Shown here: piece by piece, positions 9,477 through 18,268 of the stretch
Numbering within the stretch: position 1 is the stretch's first letter
How the letters are laid out: every line of letters begins with the position of its first letter
Source: a virus
Taxonomy: Duplodnaviria > Heunggongvirae > Uroviricota > Caudoviricetes
DNA: 64,000 bases
Reading direction: 5' to 3' (one strand)
Virus record (IMG/VR): IMGVR_UViG_3300017971_007904
The notes under the pieces: model-generated
The model's database searches: none
The model's input: the letters and a program-made list of their open reading frames with translations, nothing else
Told to the model about the DNA's origin: nothing
Translations under genes and position numbers: made by a program

Positions 9477-10994
9477 ATGAACAGAAACGCTGTTCTAGCA
9501 GGCGTCGTAGGAGCCGTCTGTTTGTTTGGTGTCCTAATGGTCATCATTGTCTACAACTGCTTCAGGATCGACGTGCCTAGCAAACACATCGCCGTCCTAA
9601 CGAAGCGAACTGGTCTCGATATCGAGAACCATCAGGAGATTTCCCCAGATGCCGACCACAAAGGTATCCAGCGGGACATCCTGACTGAGGGTCGATATTT
9701 CCGGAATCCCTACTCGTGGGACTGGGAGATCATCCCCATGATCGAGGTTCCCACTGGTAAGCTTGGGGTCCCCGTGCGGCTCGTGGGGGATGACTTACCC
9801 TACGGTGATATCATCGCATGGAAAGAGGAACAGAAAGGCGTTGTCCCTAATGTTCTGCGACCTGGACGATACGCCATCAACCCCTGGATTGAAAAGGTGG
9901 AGATGCACACGCCCGTGACGGTTCCTGCCGGTTTCAAGGGAATTGTCACATTGCTTGCAGCCCCGATGCCAACCGACCCCAATGTCTTGTTGGTCGAAGC
10001 GGGTAAACGAGGTCCACAGAAAGAGACGTTGAATCCGGGGACGTATTACGTCAACCCGTATGTCAAGCGAATCAATCTTATGGACTGCCGTAGCCAACGA
10101 TTCAATCTCGGCCAGAACAAGGACTTTGGCTTTCCGAGTAAGGACGGCTTCTGGGTGAAGCTGGATGGTATCATCGAGTTCCGAGTCAAGCCCGATATGG
10201 CAGCGGAGGTTTTCGTCACCTACAACGAAGTTAGCAATGACTACGAAGGTGAGCGAGTGGACGCCGAAGTGATCAACAAGATCATCCTGCCTAACGCCCT
10301 ATCGTTCTGTCGTTTGAGAGGCTCAAATAACACCGGACGGGACTTTGTTGGTGGGGATACACGTATCCAGTTCCAAGAGGATTTCCAAAAGGCGATGCGA
10401 GCGGCCTGTGATCCGCTTGGCGTTGAGATTATTCAGGCTCTTGTTACGAAGATCGAACCGCCCGATGCCATCGCCTCCCCGATTCGGGATCGAGAGGTCG
10501 CCGAACAACGCTTGGGTCAGTACACACAACAGATCATTCAGCAGCAAAGTGAGAAGGCTCTTGAGATCGAGAAGGCACTCATCGAGCAGAAGAAGGAACT
10601 TATTGGTGCTGAACAGGAAGTTGTCGTGATGACGGTTAAGGCAAAAGAGGAACAGCAAGTTGCTGTGACTAAGGCCAATGAGAACCTTGGTGTGGCCCAA
10701 TTCAAACTGGAGGCCGCTAAGGATGAAGCACTTGCCATCGAAGCAAGAGGTAAGGCTACGGCGGACGTGATCATGTTCGACAACGCAGCCGAGGCTGCGG
10801 GGTGGAAACGTGCTGTCGCTGCGTTTAGTGGTAGCGGTCACGAGTACGCCAAGTATGTCCTCTACACCAAGTTGGCACCCGGCTTTAGGAGCATCATGGC
10901 CAATACAGCCGACTCGCCGCTGATGGAAATCTTCAAGGATTTCCGAAAGACCTCCCAATTCGCCCCGGTTCGATCTGCCCCGGCGACCCGTTAA
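9477..10994 (+). CDS. SPFH/band-7 (flotillin/YqiK-like) membrane protein, paralog 1
   Basis: N-terminal transmembrane helix; long C-terminal coiled coil with Ala/Glu-rich flotillin-like tail (EQRLGQY...KATADVIMFDNAAEAAGWKRAV..FSGSG). Confidence 0.65.
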   Translation: MNRNAVLAGVVGAVCLFGVLMVIIVYNCFRIDVPSKHIAVLTKRTGLDIENHQEISPDADHKGIQRDILTEGRYFRNPYSWDWEIIPMIEVPTGKLGVPVRLVGDDLPYGDIIAWKEEQKGVVPNVLRPGRYAINPWIEKVEMHTPVTVPAGFKGIVTLLAAPMPTDPNVLLVEAGKRGPQKETLNPGTYYVNPYVKRINLMDCRSQRFNLGQNKDFGFPSKDGFWVKLDGIIEFRVKPDMAAEVFVTYNEVSNDYEGERVDAEVINKIILPNALSFCRLRGSNNTGRDFVGGDTRIQFQEDFQKAMRAACDPLGVEIIQALVTKIEPPDAIASPIRDREVAEQRLGQYTQQIIQQQSEKALEIEKALIEQKKELIGAEQEVVVMTVKAKEEQQVAVTKANENLGVAQFKLEAAKDEALAIEARGKATADVIMFDNAAEAAGWKRAVAAFSGSGHEYAKYVLYTKLAPGFRSIMANTADSPLMEIFKDFRKTSQFAPVRSAPATR

Positions 10995-11027
10995 GTCAAC
11001 CATTCCGAATAAGTAAGGAGAAATATC

Positions 11028-12620
11028 GTGAATATGCAAAAGCTTAAGCTGATTGCAATAAGCATCGGCGTTGTGTTGTTTGTTGCGTTCTTTTTCGTCT
11101 GGACCGTCAACAGGGTCTACGTCCCCGAGGGCAAGAGTCTCTTGCTTCGATACAAGGGCCCACTGGTCTTCGGTAAGCGAGATATGGCCCCGAAGGGCCA
11201 CTTCGCCGCAGAGGGCCAAATCGGTGTTCGAGCAAAGCTGCGAGGTCCTGGTCGCCACTTCTACTGTCCCGTTTGGTGGGAGAGGACGATTGTGGATGAT
11301 CAAGTTGTCAAGCCGGGACAAGTGGCCATTGTTCGTTCCATGCTTGGTGACAATTTACCCTCTGGCCAATATCTCGTCGACGGCGAGCTTGGACAAACAA
11401 AGCACAAGGGTATTCTCCGCAAGGCGTATGCGCCAGGACGATACAGGGTTAACCCTTATGCCTACGAGTTTCAGATCGTAGAAGTCGTGAAGCAGAATGT
11501 CGGTAAACAGGTGAAGCATTCGGGGTGGGTAAGTATCCCCACCGGCTATGTCGGTGTTTGTACGAACCTTACGGATATCCCCCAACGCAAGCAAGTGACC
11601 GGTATCCAATCGAAAGTTCTGCCGCCCGGCATCTATCCTGTTAATAGTAAGGAACAACAGATCGACATCGTCGAGATCGGTTTCAGAGAAACCAGTGTTC
11701 ATGCCGAGCTACAACGGGATAGTGACGGTCAAGTGATACTGGACGATACTGGTGAACCGCAAATTGCGGATCAATCAACCGGCATCAACTACCCGAGTAA
11801 CGACGGGTTCCCCATCGTGATGGATTGGACCGCCATCTGGGGTATCATGCCCGATCAGGCACCGGAGGCCATCCGTACTTTCGGAGACGTTGATGCGGTC
11901 GAACAGAAGGTTGTCCTTCCTCAGACCGAGTCCATATGTAGGAATAAGGGCTCTCAGCACTCCGCTGTTGAACTCCTGGTTGGCGAACAACGCCAACAGT
12001 TCCAACTGGACGCCTCCGATGCCTTCCGTAATGTGCTGAAAGAGAAGAACCTCACTCTTCTCTACGGTTTGGTAAGCCACATCTACATTCCCCAAAGTGT
12101 GCGCAAGCCAATCCAGACAAAGTACATCGCCGACGAACTCAAGCTAACCAAAGACCAAGAGCAGAAAACTGCGAAGGTCGAAGCTGATCTGCGTGAGGCG
12201 GAAAGGCAGGTGGGCTTGGAAGGTGAACGAGTGAAATCTGACACGAGGAAGAAAGTTGCGGAAGCTATCGCCATGGGTCGTAAGACGGTTGGTGAAACGC
12301 ATGCCGAAACTACGAAGCTCGTGGCAGCCATCGATAAGGAGGTGGCCGAGTTAGAAGCCCAAGCAACCGTCGTGTTGGGTGAGGCGAGAGCCAACGCTGA
12401 GAAGATGCAAAAGGAGGCGAGATCGCAGAAGTTTGCGCTCGCCGTCGAAGCGTTTGGTTCCGGTTCCGCCTACAACGAGTGGGTGTTCGCTACTGGCCTG
12501 CCGGATGATGTAGACCTCAAGCTGCTATACGCAGGGGAGGGTACGTTCTGGACCGATGTCGACGGGTTCACGAACAAGCTCCTAGGCAAGCAGGAGAGGG
12601 AGCGTCAGAAGAGGAAATAA
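11028..12620 (+). CDS. SPFH/band-7 (flotillin/YqiK-like) membrane protein, paralog 2
   Basis: N-terminal TM helix; same domain order and similar C-terminal tail (…ANAEKMQKEARSQKFALAVEAFGSGSAY…) as the upstream paralog. Confidence 0.65.
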   Translation: MNMQKLKLIAISIGVVLFVAFFFVWTVNRVYVPEGKSLLLRYKGPLVFGKRDMAPKGHFAAEGQIGVRAKLRGPGRHFYCPVWWERTIVDDQVVKPGQVAIVRSMLGDNLPSGQYLVDGELGQTKHKGILRKAYAPGRYRVNPYAYEFQIVEVVKQNVGKQVKHSGWVSIPTGYVGVCTNLTDIPQRKQVTGIQSKVLPPGIYPVNSKEQQIDIVEIGFRETSVHAELQRDSDGQVILDDTGEPQIADQSTGINYPSNDGFPIVMDWTAIWGIMPDQAPEAIRTFGDVDAVEQKVVLPQTESICRNKGSQHSAVELLVGEQRQQFQLDASDAFRNVLKEKNLTLLYGLVSHIYIPQSVRKPIQTKYIADELKLTKDQEQKTAKVEADLREAERQVGLEGERVKSDTRKKVAEAIAMGRKTVGETHAETTKLVAAIDKEVAELEAQATVVLGEARANAEKMQKEARSQKFALAVEAFGSGSAYNEWVFATGLPDDVDLKLLYAGEGTFWTDVDGFTNKLLGKQERERQKRK

Positions 12621-12625
12621 CCCCC

Positions 12626-12961
12626 TTGTCGCCCCACCACCACCGGCGAAGCGAAAGCCGGTGGTGGTGGTTTTGTTATTCGAGGTATGTAGTGGTTAAG
12701 AAAAAAAGACGGCGAAAACGAAAGCGGGAACTCCGTTACGTTGCAGTTTGTGTTGACGGTCGACATATCGTTATCGGTCTGGATACGATCAGGGAGTATC
12801 GAGAGTTAGACAACGGCTTCATGTTCAAGTCGGGCTCGTTAGACTACTACTCTCCGTACTTCTTTCCTCACCATGACCTTGATATGGCTTGGCGATTCGC
12901 CAACAACTGTGCCGACGCCGAGAAGAAAGCTGACAAGATGATATGTCCCGATAAAGCATGA
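12626..12961 (+). CDS. hypothetical ORF (N-terminus coincides with terminator hairpin; real start probably internal or ORF spurious)
   Basis: 111-aa ORF whose first ~18 codons are the terminator stem; no SD. Confidence 0.2.
   Translation: MSPHHHRRSESRWWWFCYSRYVVVKKKRRRKRKRELRYVAVCVDGRHIVIGLDTIREYRELDNGFMFKSGSLDYYSPYFFPHHDLDMAWRFANNCADAEKKADKMICPDKA
12634..12680 (+). terminator. Rho-independent terminator
   Basis: CCACCACCACCGGC / GCCGGTGGTGGTGG 14-bp stem, 9-nt loop, then TTTTGTTATT. Confidence 0.75.
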
Positions 12962-12970
12962 GGTGACGCC

Positions 12971-13210
12971 ATGTTCAAATGTGGATTCTGTGGAAAGGAT
13001 GTTCCCCCTGGCATCAAAAGCACGGAGGTTATTACAAGAAGACGAAAGAAGGTTTATCCGTTTCGCCAAGATGCAAACCGGACGGCCACATGGAAGGAAG
13101 AGAAGGCCGACCGGCTGGCAAGTCAGAACGACAGTGGTGGCATCGGATGGGAGGCTGCGGAGACAGAGATCGCATGTCCTCAGTGTGTTAGAGCACGAGC
13201 CGAGAGCTAA
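12971..13210 (+). CDS. small zinc-ribbon protein
   Basis: CGFCG ... CPQC paired CxxC motifs. Confidence 0.5.
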   Translation: MFKCGFCGKDVPPGIKSTEVITRRRKKVYPFRQDANRTATWKEEKADRLASQNDSGGIGWEAAETEIACPQCVRARAES

Positions 13211-13229
13211 CAGTGTCTGCGAGGGAGCG

Positions 13230-13266
13230 AAATGCCCGCCCCGTCTAACGGGGCGGGCATTTCTAT
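13230..13266 (+). terminator. Rho-independent terminator
   Basis: AAATGCCCGCCCCG / CGGGGCGGGCATTT stem with 5-nt loop followed by T-rich tract. Confidence 0.8.
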
Positions 13267-13296
13267 TGACCTACAGGTCCTTGGTGTGGTTTAATG
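13266..13296 (+). promoter_or_regulatory. sigma70-like promoter (TTGACC, 18 nt, TGgTTTAAT extended -10) giving a near-leaderless transcript
   Basis: -35 TTGACC at 13266-71 and extended -10 TGGTTTAAT at 13287-95; ATG of the downstream gene at 13304 is only ~8 nt past the -10. Confidence 0.5.
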
Positions 13297-13303
13297 AGAT
13301 ATC

Positions 13304-15139
13304 ATGTTTGGATCAGAAGCTACACACGCCTTGGTGCAAGACAAAGAGTTTGTTAGCTGGGCCAGGAATTATCTCGTTCAGATGGCAAACAATGTGGTGG
13401 TTAAGGATTTCGACTTACTGGATAAACTCAAAGCGTCAGCCAAGTTGATGTACAATGAGTTGCAAGCGATTCATTGGACAACGTTTTACAGGCACAACTA
13501 TGCGACTGACGGTAATCTCGATTTCACGTCTCCATTCATGAAGGATTTTCTTCCGGCTCTGAGACACATTTACAACTTCACCCCTGGTATCGTTAAAGTA
13601 CATGAAGATATGAAGCGTTTAGGAAGAAAAAAACAACGTGGCAAGAAGCGGCGGCGGAAGGACCTACCACCGTTTAAGAAATTTGCGTCTGCTTGGCTCA
13701 AACGATTCTTCATCGAGGTTGTTCCTGAACCCAACCATATGCATTTCATGTGGGGCGATTTGAAGAATGCCGCTAGGCTTATCAAGTCGAAAGAAACATT
13801 TCAGAATATCGACCGGTTTCAACACGTCTCTCCACAGGATGCACATGTCAAAAACAAGGCGTTGAAGGTTTTCATTGCACCTTTGCGACATATCTACGAT
13901 AACCTTCCCGTCAGTCGCAGTGCTTTTGTTAATAAAGGTGGGGAGATCGGTTTTTCTTGGTCGCAGGTACCTTATGGCGGTAATCACCAGCAGGTGGTTA
14001 GTGGTAACGGTAAGACTACCAAACTCACCGATCTAAGAGATATTCCTGCTGATGAAATCGATGTGGTAGCGTATCCCGTTGAACTCAAGAGTAAGATGGA
14101 GGATGAGGCGTTCCGTCCGCTTGTGATAAAGGTATTGACCCACATGCTTAAGAAAGGGTATAAGTCAATATCGAGTGAGCAGTTAGCCGACTTCTTCAAA
14201 GTAGATCAGAGGGAGTTTGAGAAGTGGGCAGACGCTTGTCCGGATTTAGTTTGTAAAGAAAGCCTTCATACCAGTCGAATCTACTACGGCCTCAAACCAT
14301 TGGGGGATTTGAAAATGTCCAAGCGAGTAACTTCTGACGTTTCAGGACATACTGAGACATGCCGATGCCAGTCTTGTTGTGAGATGAGGTCTGAGGATTT
14401 TCACGCTGAGAACTGCATATGTTCGCTTTGCCGGAATACGGATTGCGAGTGCGAGTTCTGCACCAAAAAGAAAGCGAAGGCAACCGAATATGCCCTCAAT
14501 CACCCTGAGACAGAACTGGGGAGAGAGTTGGCTACGGAAGCTGCTGAGGCCGACCTCAAAAGTGCTGCGAAGTCGCTTGTTGACGAGCGCCCCGCTATGG
14601 GTACCGATGAGTTCGATACGTTTATCACGAAGTTCCTTTCTGAAGACAAAGATAAGCCTTGGCGGTCATCCGACGCCGTTACGATGTTGGGTTACGATGA
14701 GAAAAAGTTCGATGACTGGGCGTTGAAGAACCCGGCGATCACTCGACGCATCAGCACTAAGGCGACCAACGAGAAGCCGAAGATGTTATATGCCCTCGTC
14801 GCCCGGCTTGTACCGAAGCAGGAGCCTGCGGCGAAGGTAGAGCCTGAGAAGAACGGAGAGAAGAAGGAAGAGAAGAAGGACAAGAAGAAAGATGACAAAA
14901 AGAAGGTCGATGGCTCCTCTATTACAATGCAAGAGGTATTGGCCTTTGCCATGATACATAATATCTCCGATTCGCTGGTACGCACGATGAACTTCTATGC
15001 GAACAGTCTTGCGACTCGGCACCCGGAGGCATTCAGTCATCTGACAAAGGCCCAGAAGGATATGATGGCGGCTGTCGCTTTACTACAAAAAGGTGCGAAG
15101 GTAAACGACAACAAGCTACCCCCTCTAACGGATATCTGA
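13304..15139 (+). CDS. large hypothetical protein with internal duplication, Cys-cluster and Lys-rich C-terminal tract
   Basis: 611 aa; duplicated PALRHIYNF / APLRHIYDN motif; Cys cluster CRCQSCCEMRSEDFHAENCICSLCRNTDCECEFC; basic RKKQRGKKRRRK and KKEEKKDKKKDDKKK tracts. Confidence 0.6.
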   Translation: MFGSEATHALVQDKEFVSWARNYLVQMANNVVVKDFDLLDKLKASAKLMYNELQAIHWTTFYRHNYATDGNLDFTSPFMKDFLPALRHIYNFTPGIVKVHEDMKRLGRKKQRGKKRRRKDLPPFKKFASAWLKRFFIEVVPEPNHMHFMWGDLKNAARLIKSKETFQNIDRFQHVSPQDAHVKNKALKVFIAPLRHIYDNLPVSRSAFVNKGGEIGFSWSQVPYGGNHQQVVSGNGKTTKLTDLRDIPADEIDVVAYPVELKSKMEDEAFRPLVIKVLTHMLKKGYKSISSEQLADFFKVDQREFEKWADACPDLVCKESLHTSRIYYGLKPLGDLKMSKRVTSDVSGHTETCRCQSCCEMRSEDFHAENCICSLCRNTDCECEFCTKKKAKATEYALNHPETELGRELATEAAEADLKSAAKSLVDERPAMGTDEFDTFITKFLSEDKDKPWRSSDAVTMLGYDEKKFDDWALKNPAITRRISTKATNEKPKMLYALVARLVPKQEPAAKVEPEKNGEKKEEKKDKKKDDKKKVDGSSITMQEVLAFAMIHNISDSLVRTMNFYANSLATRHPEAFSHLTKAQKDMMAAVALLQKGAKVNDNKLPPLTDI

Positions 15140-15161
15140 TTTTAGGAAATAAAGGAGGCAC

Positions 15162-15575
15162 ATGCCTTTCTACACGTTTGCGACCATAGACGAGGATGTT
15201 GACAAGAAGGTTTTTGAGGTTCTTCTAACTTTTACCGGATATGACGAAGTAATGGCGGGCGATAAGCCCCTGATTCATCCGGACACTGAGAAGCCAGTAA
15301 AGGAATGGAAGCGAATCTTAGATAATGTCAACGTCCAGTTTGCACAACCTTGGGAATCATCTAAGTGGGACAACTTTGAGTACAGAGCCGCCTATAACCT
15401 CTACAAAGCACAAGATGAAAGACGAAACGCCGTGAATCGAAGTCATGTTGGAGGACAGCCATATGAGCGAACCGAACAACAATACATTGAGGGCGGACAC
15501 GTTCACGGCGTCGATTCTGGGTATTCTAACATCGCCGATCATGACATGGCAAATTTTGATGGAAAAGTGGTCTAG
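15162..15575 (+). CDS. hypothetical protein
   Basis: 137-aa ORF with SD AAGGAGG. Confidence 0.55.
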   Translation: MPFYTFATIDEDVDKKVFEVLLTFTGYDEVMAGDKPLIHPDTEKPVKEWKRILDNVNVQFAQPWESSKWDNFEYRAAYNLYKAQDERRNAVNRSHVGGQPYERTEQQYIEGGHVHGVDSGYSNIADHDMANFDGKVV

Positions 15576-15630
15576 CTTTAGATGTGAGATTTCAGTATGA
15601 TAACTTGCATCTAACCAAACGATTCTACCT

Positions 15631-15694
15631 CCGTTTTTTACTTGCGTTTTTTTTACCTGCGTTTTTTTTACCTGTTCATTGTGACTTGTGTCAC
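15631..15694 (+). repeat. three tandem T-rich ~15-nt repeats (CGTTTTTTT(T)ACYTG) followed by a 14-nt perfect palindrome GTGACTTGTGTCAC
   Basis: Direct reading of the intergenic sequence upstream of prkA; candidate UP-element or operator array. Confidence 0.6.
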
Positions 15695-15735
15695 TTGGAA
15701 ACCAGCAGGATTGACCCGCAATTTTGGAGGTAGCT

Positions 15736-17898
15736 ATGTCCACCGAGAATCCGGCCCCAGCCAGTGCCGTCGACAATGGTCAATCGACCTTTGATAAACT
15801 GGCCAAATCTTTCGACTGTGAAGAGTTCCGCAAGCTCACAACTGAGATGACCTTCTCCGAGTATCTCGAAGAGGCCGAGCGGAACCCCCTGGTGTGCCTC
15901 AGCGCCTACCAGAGAATCTACGACATGGTTCTTTCCGCTGGTGTCGAGCGCATCAAGCGGTTCAACAGAACCTTCACCCGCTACAAGTTCTTCGCCGAAC
16001 ATCCGGAGTTTCCGATCTACGGCCTGGAACAGGCCATCGACGGCTTCGTTGGCAACCTGAAAGGTGCCGCTGGGTACTATGGTACCGAAAAGCGAATCCT
16101 CCTGTTGCACGGCCCGGTCGGCTCGTCGAAGTCCACCGCTGTCCGAGCGCTCAAGCGGGGCTTGGAAGAGTACACCATGACGGATCGGGGTGCCCTCTAT
16201 ACCTTCGATTGGATTGACCTACCCGTCGAAGACGACGACGACGGCCCCGGCCTGGAGCTTCGCAAAATTGCGCCGTGCCCCATGCAGGACGACCCCGTCA
16301 AACTCATCCCGCCCGGCCCGATGCGAAAAGAGATGGAGAAGAAGCTCAACGTCGCATTGGAGAACATGAAACTCAGCGATGACGAAGCCGTCGACGCCGA
16401 GCTTCACCGCATCTTCAAGATTCGCCTGGATGGTGAACTCAACCCGCACGACAAGTTCTTCTACCGTGAGTTGCTTCGTCGCTACAAGGGCGACTGGCGG
16501 AGGGTCATGGAGAAGCACATTCGTGTGCGGCGTGTCGTCCTCTCCGAGTCCGACCGTGTCGGCATCGGTACGTTCAGCCCCAAGGACGAGAAGAACCAGG
16601 ATTCGACGGAGTTGAGTGGCGATGTCAACTATATGAAGTTGGGCCAGTACGGTGTCGACTCCGACCCCCGTGCCTTCAACTTTGATGGTGAGTTCGAGGT
16701 GAGCAACCGAGGGCTCTTGGAGATGATCGAAATGCTCAAACTCAACCAGGAGTTCTTGTACGACCTCCTGGGGGCAGCACAAGAGCGACAGATCAAACCC
16801 AAGAAGTTCCCGCAGGTTGGCATCGACGTGTGCATCCTCGGCCACACCAACGATCCGGAATACCAGAAGCTCCTCAAAAACGAGTGCATGGAGGCGCTGA
16901 AGGATAGGACGATTCGGGTCGACTGGCCCTACGTCCTTCGTTGGGAAGACGAGATCAATGTCCTTCGTCACGACTACAACCAGGAAAGGGTTCGACAGCA
17001 CATCGCTCCCCACACCATCGAGATCGCAGCGCTGTTCGCAATTCTCACCCGGTTGAAGACCGACAAGAACATCAAGCTCGATCCGGTCAAGAAGGCCAAG
17101 CTCTACAACGGCCAGACCGTCCCCGGCTATACGGAAGAAGCCGTCAAGGAGTTGATGGACGCCGAACCGTCCGAGGGTATGGACCAGGGCATCAGCGCCC
17201 GTTACGTCCAGAACAAGCTGTCGAACTCCCTCGTGTCCCACCACGACTACGTCAACCCGTTCATGGTTCTCCACGAACTGAAAGAGGGTCTGAAGACCTA
17301 CTCCCTCGTCGGTGACAACGAAAACCGTCGTGCGTTCTACGAGACGTGCGTCGACCTCGCCAAGAAGGAGTTGGACGAGATTCTCAAGAACGAGGTTCGT
17401 CGGGCTCTCGTTATGGACGATGAAGCCATCAGTCGGATGTTCACCTCGTACTTGGACAACGTCTTCGCCTATATCAACAACGAGAAGGTGAAGAACGAGT
17501 ACACCGGTGAGTTCGAGGAACCGAATGAGCGGTTGATGCGGTCCATCGAAGAGAAGATCGACGTTCCCGATCAGGGTGTCGACGACTTCCGCCGCAGCAT
17601 CGCCGCTTACGTCGGCCACATCACCCGCAACGAGGGCGAGAAGGCCCTCAAGTGGGACAGCAACCCCGATCTTGCAAGGGCACTGGAATTGAAGCTGTTC
17701 GAGGAAACGAAGGACAGCATCAAGCTCAGCAGCCTTACCAAGGTCACCGGCGTCATCGACCCGGATATGCAAGAGAAGATCAACCAGATCAAAACCCGGT
17801 TGGTCAAAAACTACGGTTACGACGAGCGCAGTGCGACCGACGTGTTGAACTACGTCGGCTCCATCTTCGCCCGTGGTGACATGGTCGAACAGCAGTAA
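15736..17898 (+). CDS. prkA: PrkA/YeaG-family serine protein kinase (AAA+ N-terminal domain)
   Basis: Walker A LLLHGPVGSSKST in a PrkA-type AAA domain; 721 aa from the ATG at 15736 (GGAGG SD); the C-terminal half matches the PrkA kinase region. Confidence 0.85.
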   Translation: MSTENPAPASAVDNGQSTFDKLAKSFDCEEFRKLTTEMTFSEYLEEAERNPLVCLSAYQRIYDMVLSAGVERIKRFNRTFTRYKFFAEHPEFPIYGLEQAIDGFVGNLKGAAGYYGTEKRILLLHGPVGSSKSTAVRALKRGLEEYTMTDRGALYTFDWIDLPVEDDDDGPGLELRKIAPCPMQDDPVKLIPPGPMRKEMEKKLNVALENMKLSDDEAVDAELHRIFKIRLDGELNPHDKFFYRELLRRYKGDWRRVMEKHIRVRRVVLSESDRVGIGTFSPKDEKNQDSTELSGDVNYMKLGQYGVDSDPRAFNFDGEFEVSNRGLLEMIEMLKLNQEFLYDLLGAAQERQIKPKKFPQVGIDVCILGHTNDPEYQKLLKNECMEALKDRTIRVDWPYVLRWEDEINVLRHDYNQERVRQHIAPHTIEIAALFAILTRLKTDKNIKLDPVKKAKLYNGQTVPGYTEEAVKELMDAEPSEGMDQGISARYVQNKLSNSLVSHHDYVNPFMVLHELKEGLKTYSLVGDNENRRAFYETCVDLAKKELDEILKNEVRRALVMDDEAISRMFTSYLDNVFAYINNEKVKNEYTGEFEEPNERLMRSIEEKIDVPDQGVDDFRRSIAAYVGHITRNEGEKALKWDSNPDLARALELKLFEETKDSIKLSSLTKVTGVIDPDMQEKINQIKTRLVKNYGYDERSATDVLNYVGSIFARGDMVEQQ

Positions 17899-17923
17899 CG
17901 CTCGCTGGGTTAGGGACGACCAG

Positions 17924-17966
17924 CCCCCACCTGTCGCTGCACGCTGCGACAGGTGGGGGCATTTTA
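17924..17966 (+). terminator. Rho-independent terminator after prkA
   Basis: CCCCCACCTGTCGC / GCGACAGGTGGGGG 14-bp stem followed by ATTTT. Confidence 0.7.
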
Positions 17967-17979
17967 CCCGAGGTTTGTC

Positions 17980-18258
17980 ATGGTCAAGTACGTTAACTTT
18001 CAGGTTCCCGGTTTTGGTTCGGTTGTGTCGGTCGAGTCGGGGCATTCGCTCGTCCGGTTGGCCCAGTTGCCGTTAGAAGATGCTATCGTTGCCCTGAAGG
18101 ATTGGGGTAAGAAGTTTCGCAAAAGGTTGATACAGCAATCAGCAACCCCACGAGACCGTTATACCGAATTGGCCCCTTATAACAACCCTCAAGGTTACAC
18201 GGAGCAATCTGCCCAGGATGTTTTCAATCACGTAGGTCAACTACTGGCCACTTCGTAG
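17980..18258 (+). CDS. small protein resembling the PrkA C-terminal tail
   Basis: ATG with GAGG SD; C-terminus GYTEQSAQDVFNHVGQLLA parallels the PrkA C-terminus GYDERSATDVLNYVGSIFA. Confidence 0.4.
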   Translation: MVKYVNFQVPGFGSVVSVESGHSLVRLAQLPLEDAIVALKDWGKKFRKRLIQQSATPRDRYTELAPYNNPQGYTEQSAQDVFNHVGQLLATS

Positions 18259-18268
18259 GAGGTGCAAC

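Noticed and set aside
10323-11321. 332-aa ORF on the minus strand
   Set aside because: It is antisense across the junction of the two SPFH genes. No motif is present, so it is taken as a shadow ORF.
16219-18045. 608-aa ORF on the minus strand
   Set aside because: It lies entirely antisense to prkA and spans the prkA terminator. Its composition (Val/Asp/Leu/Gly-rich) is typical of an antisense shadow ORF of a GC-balanced gene, and it has no SD or motif.
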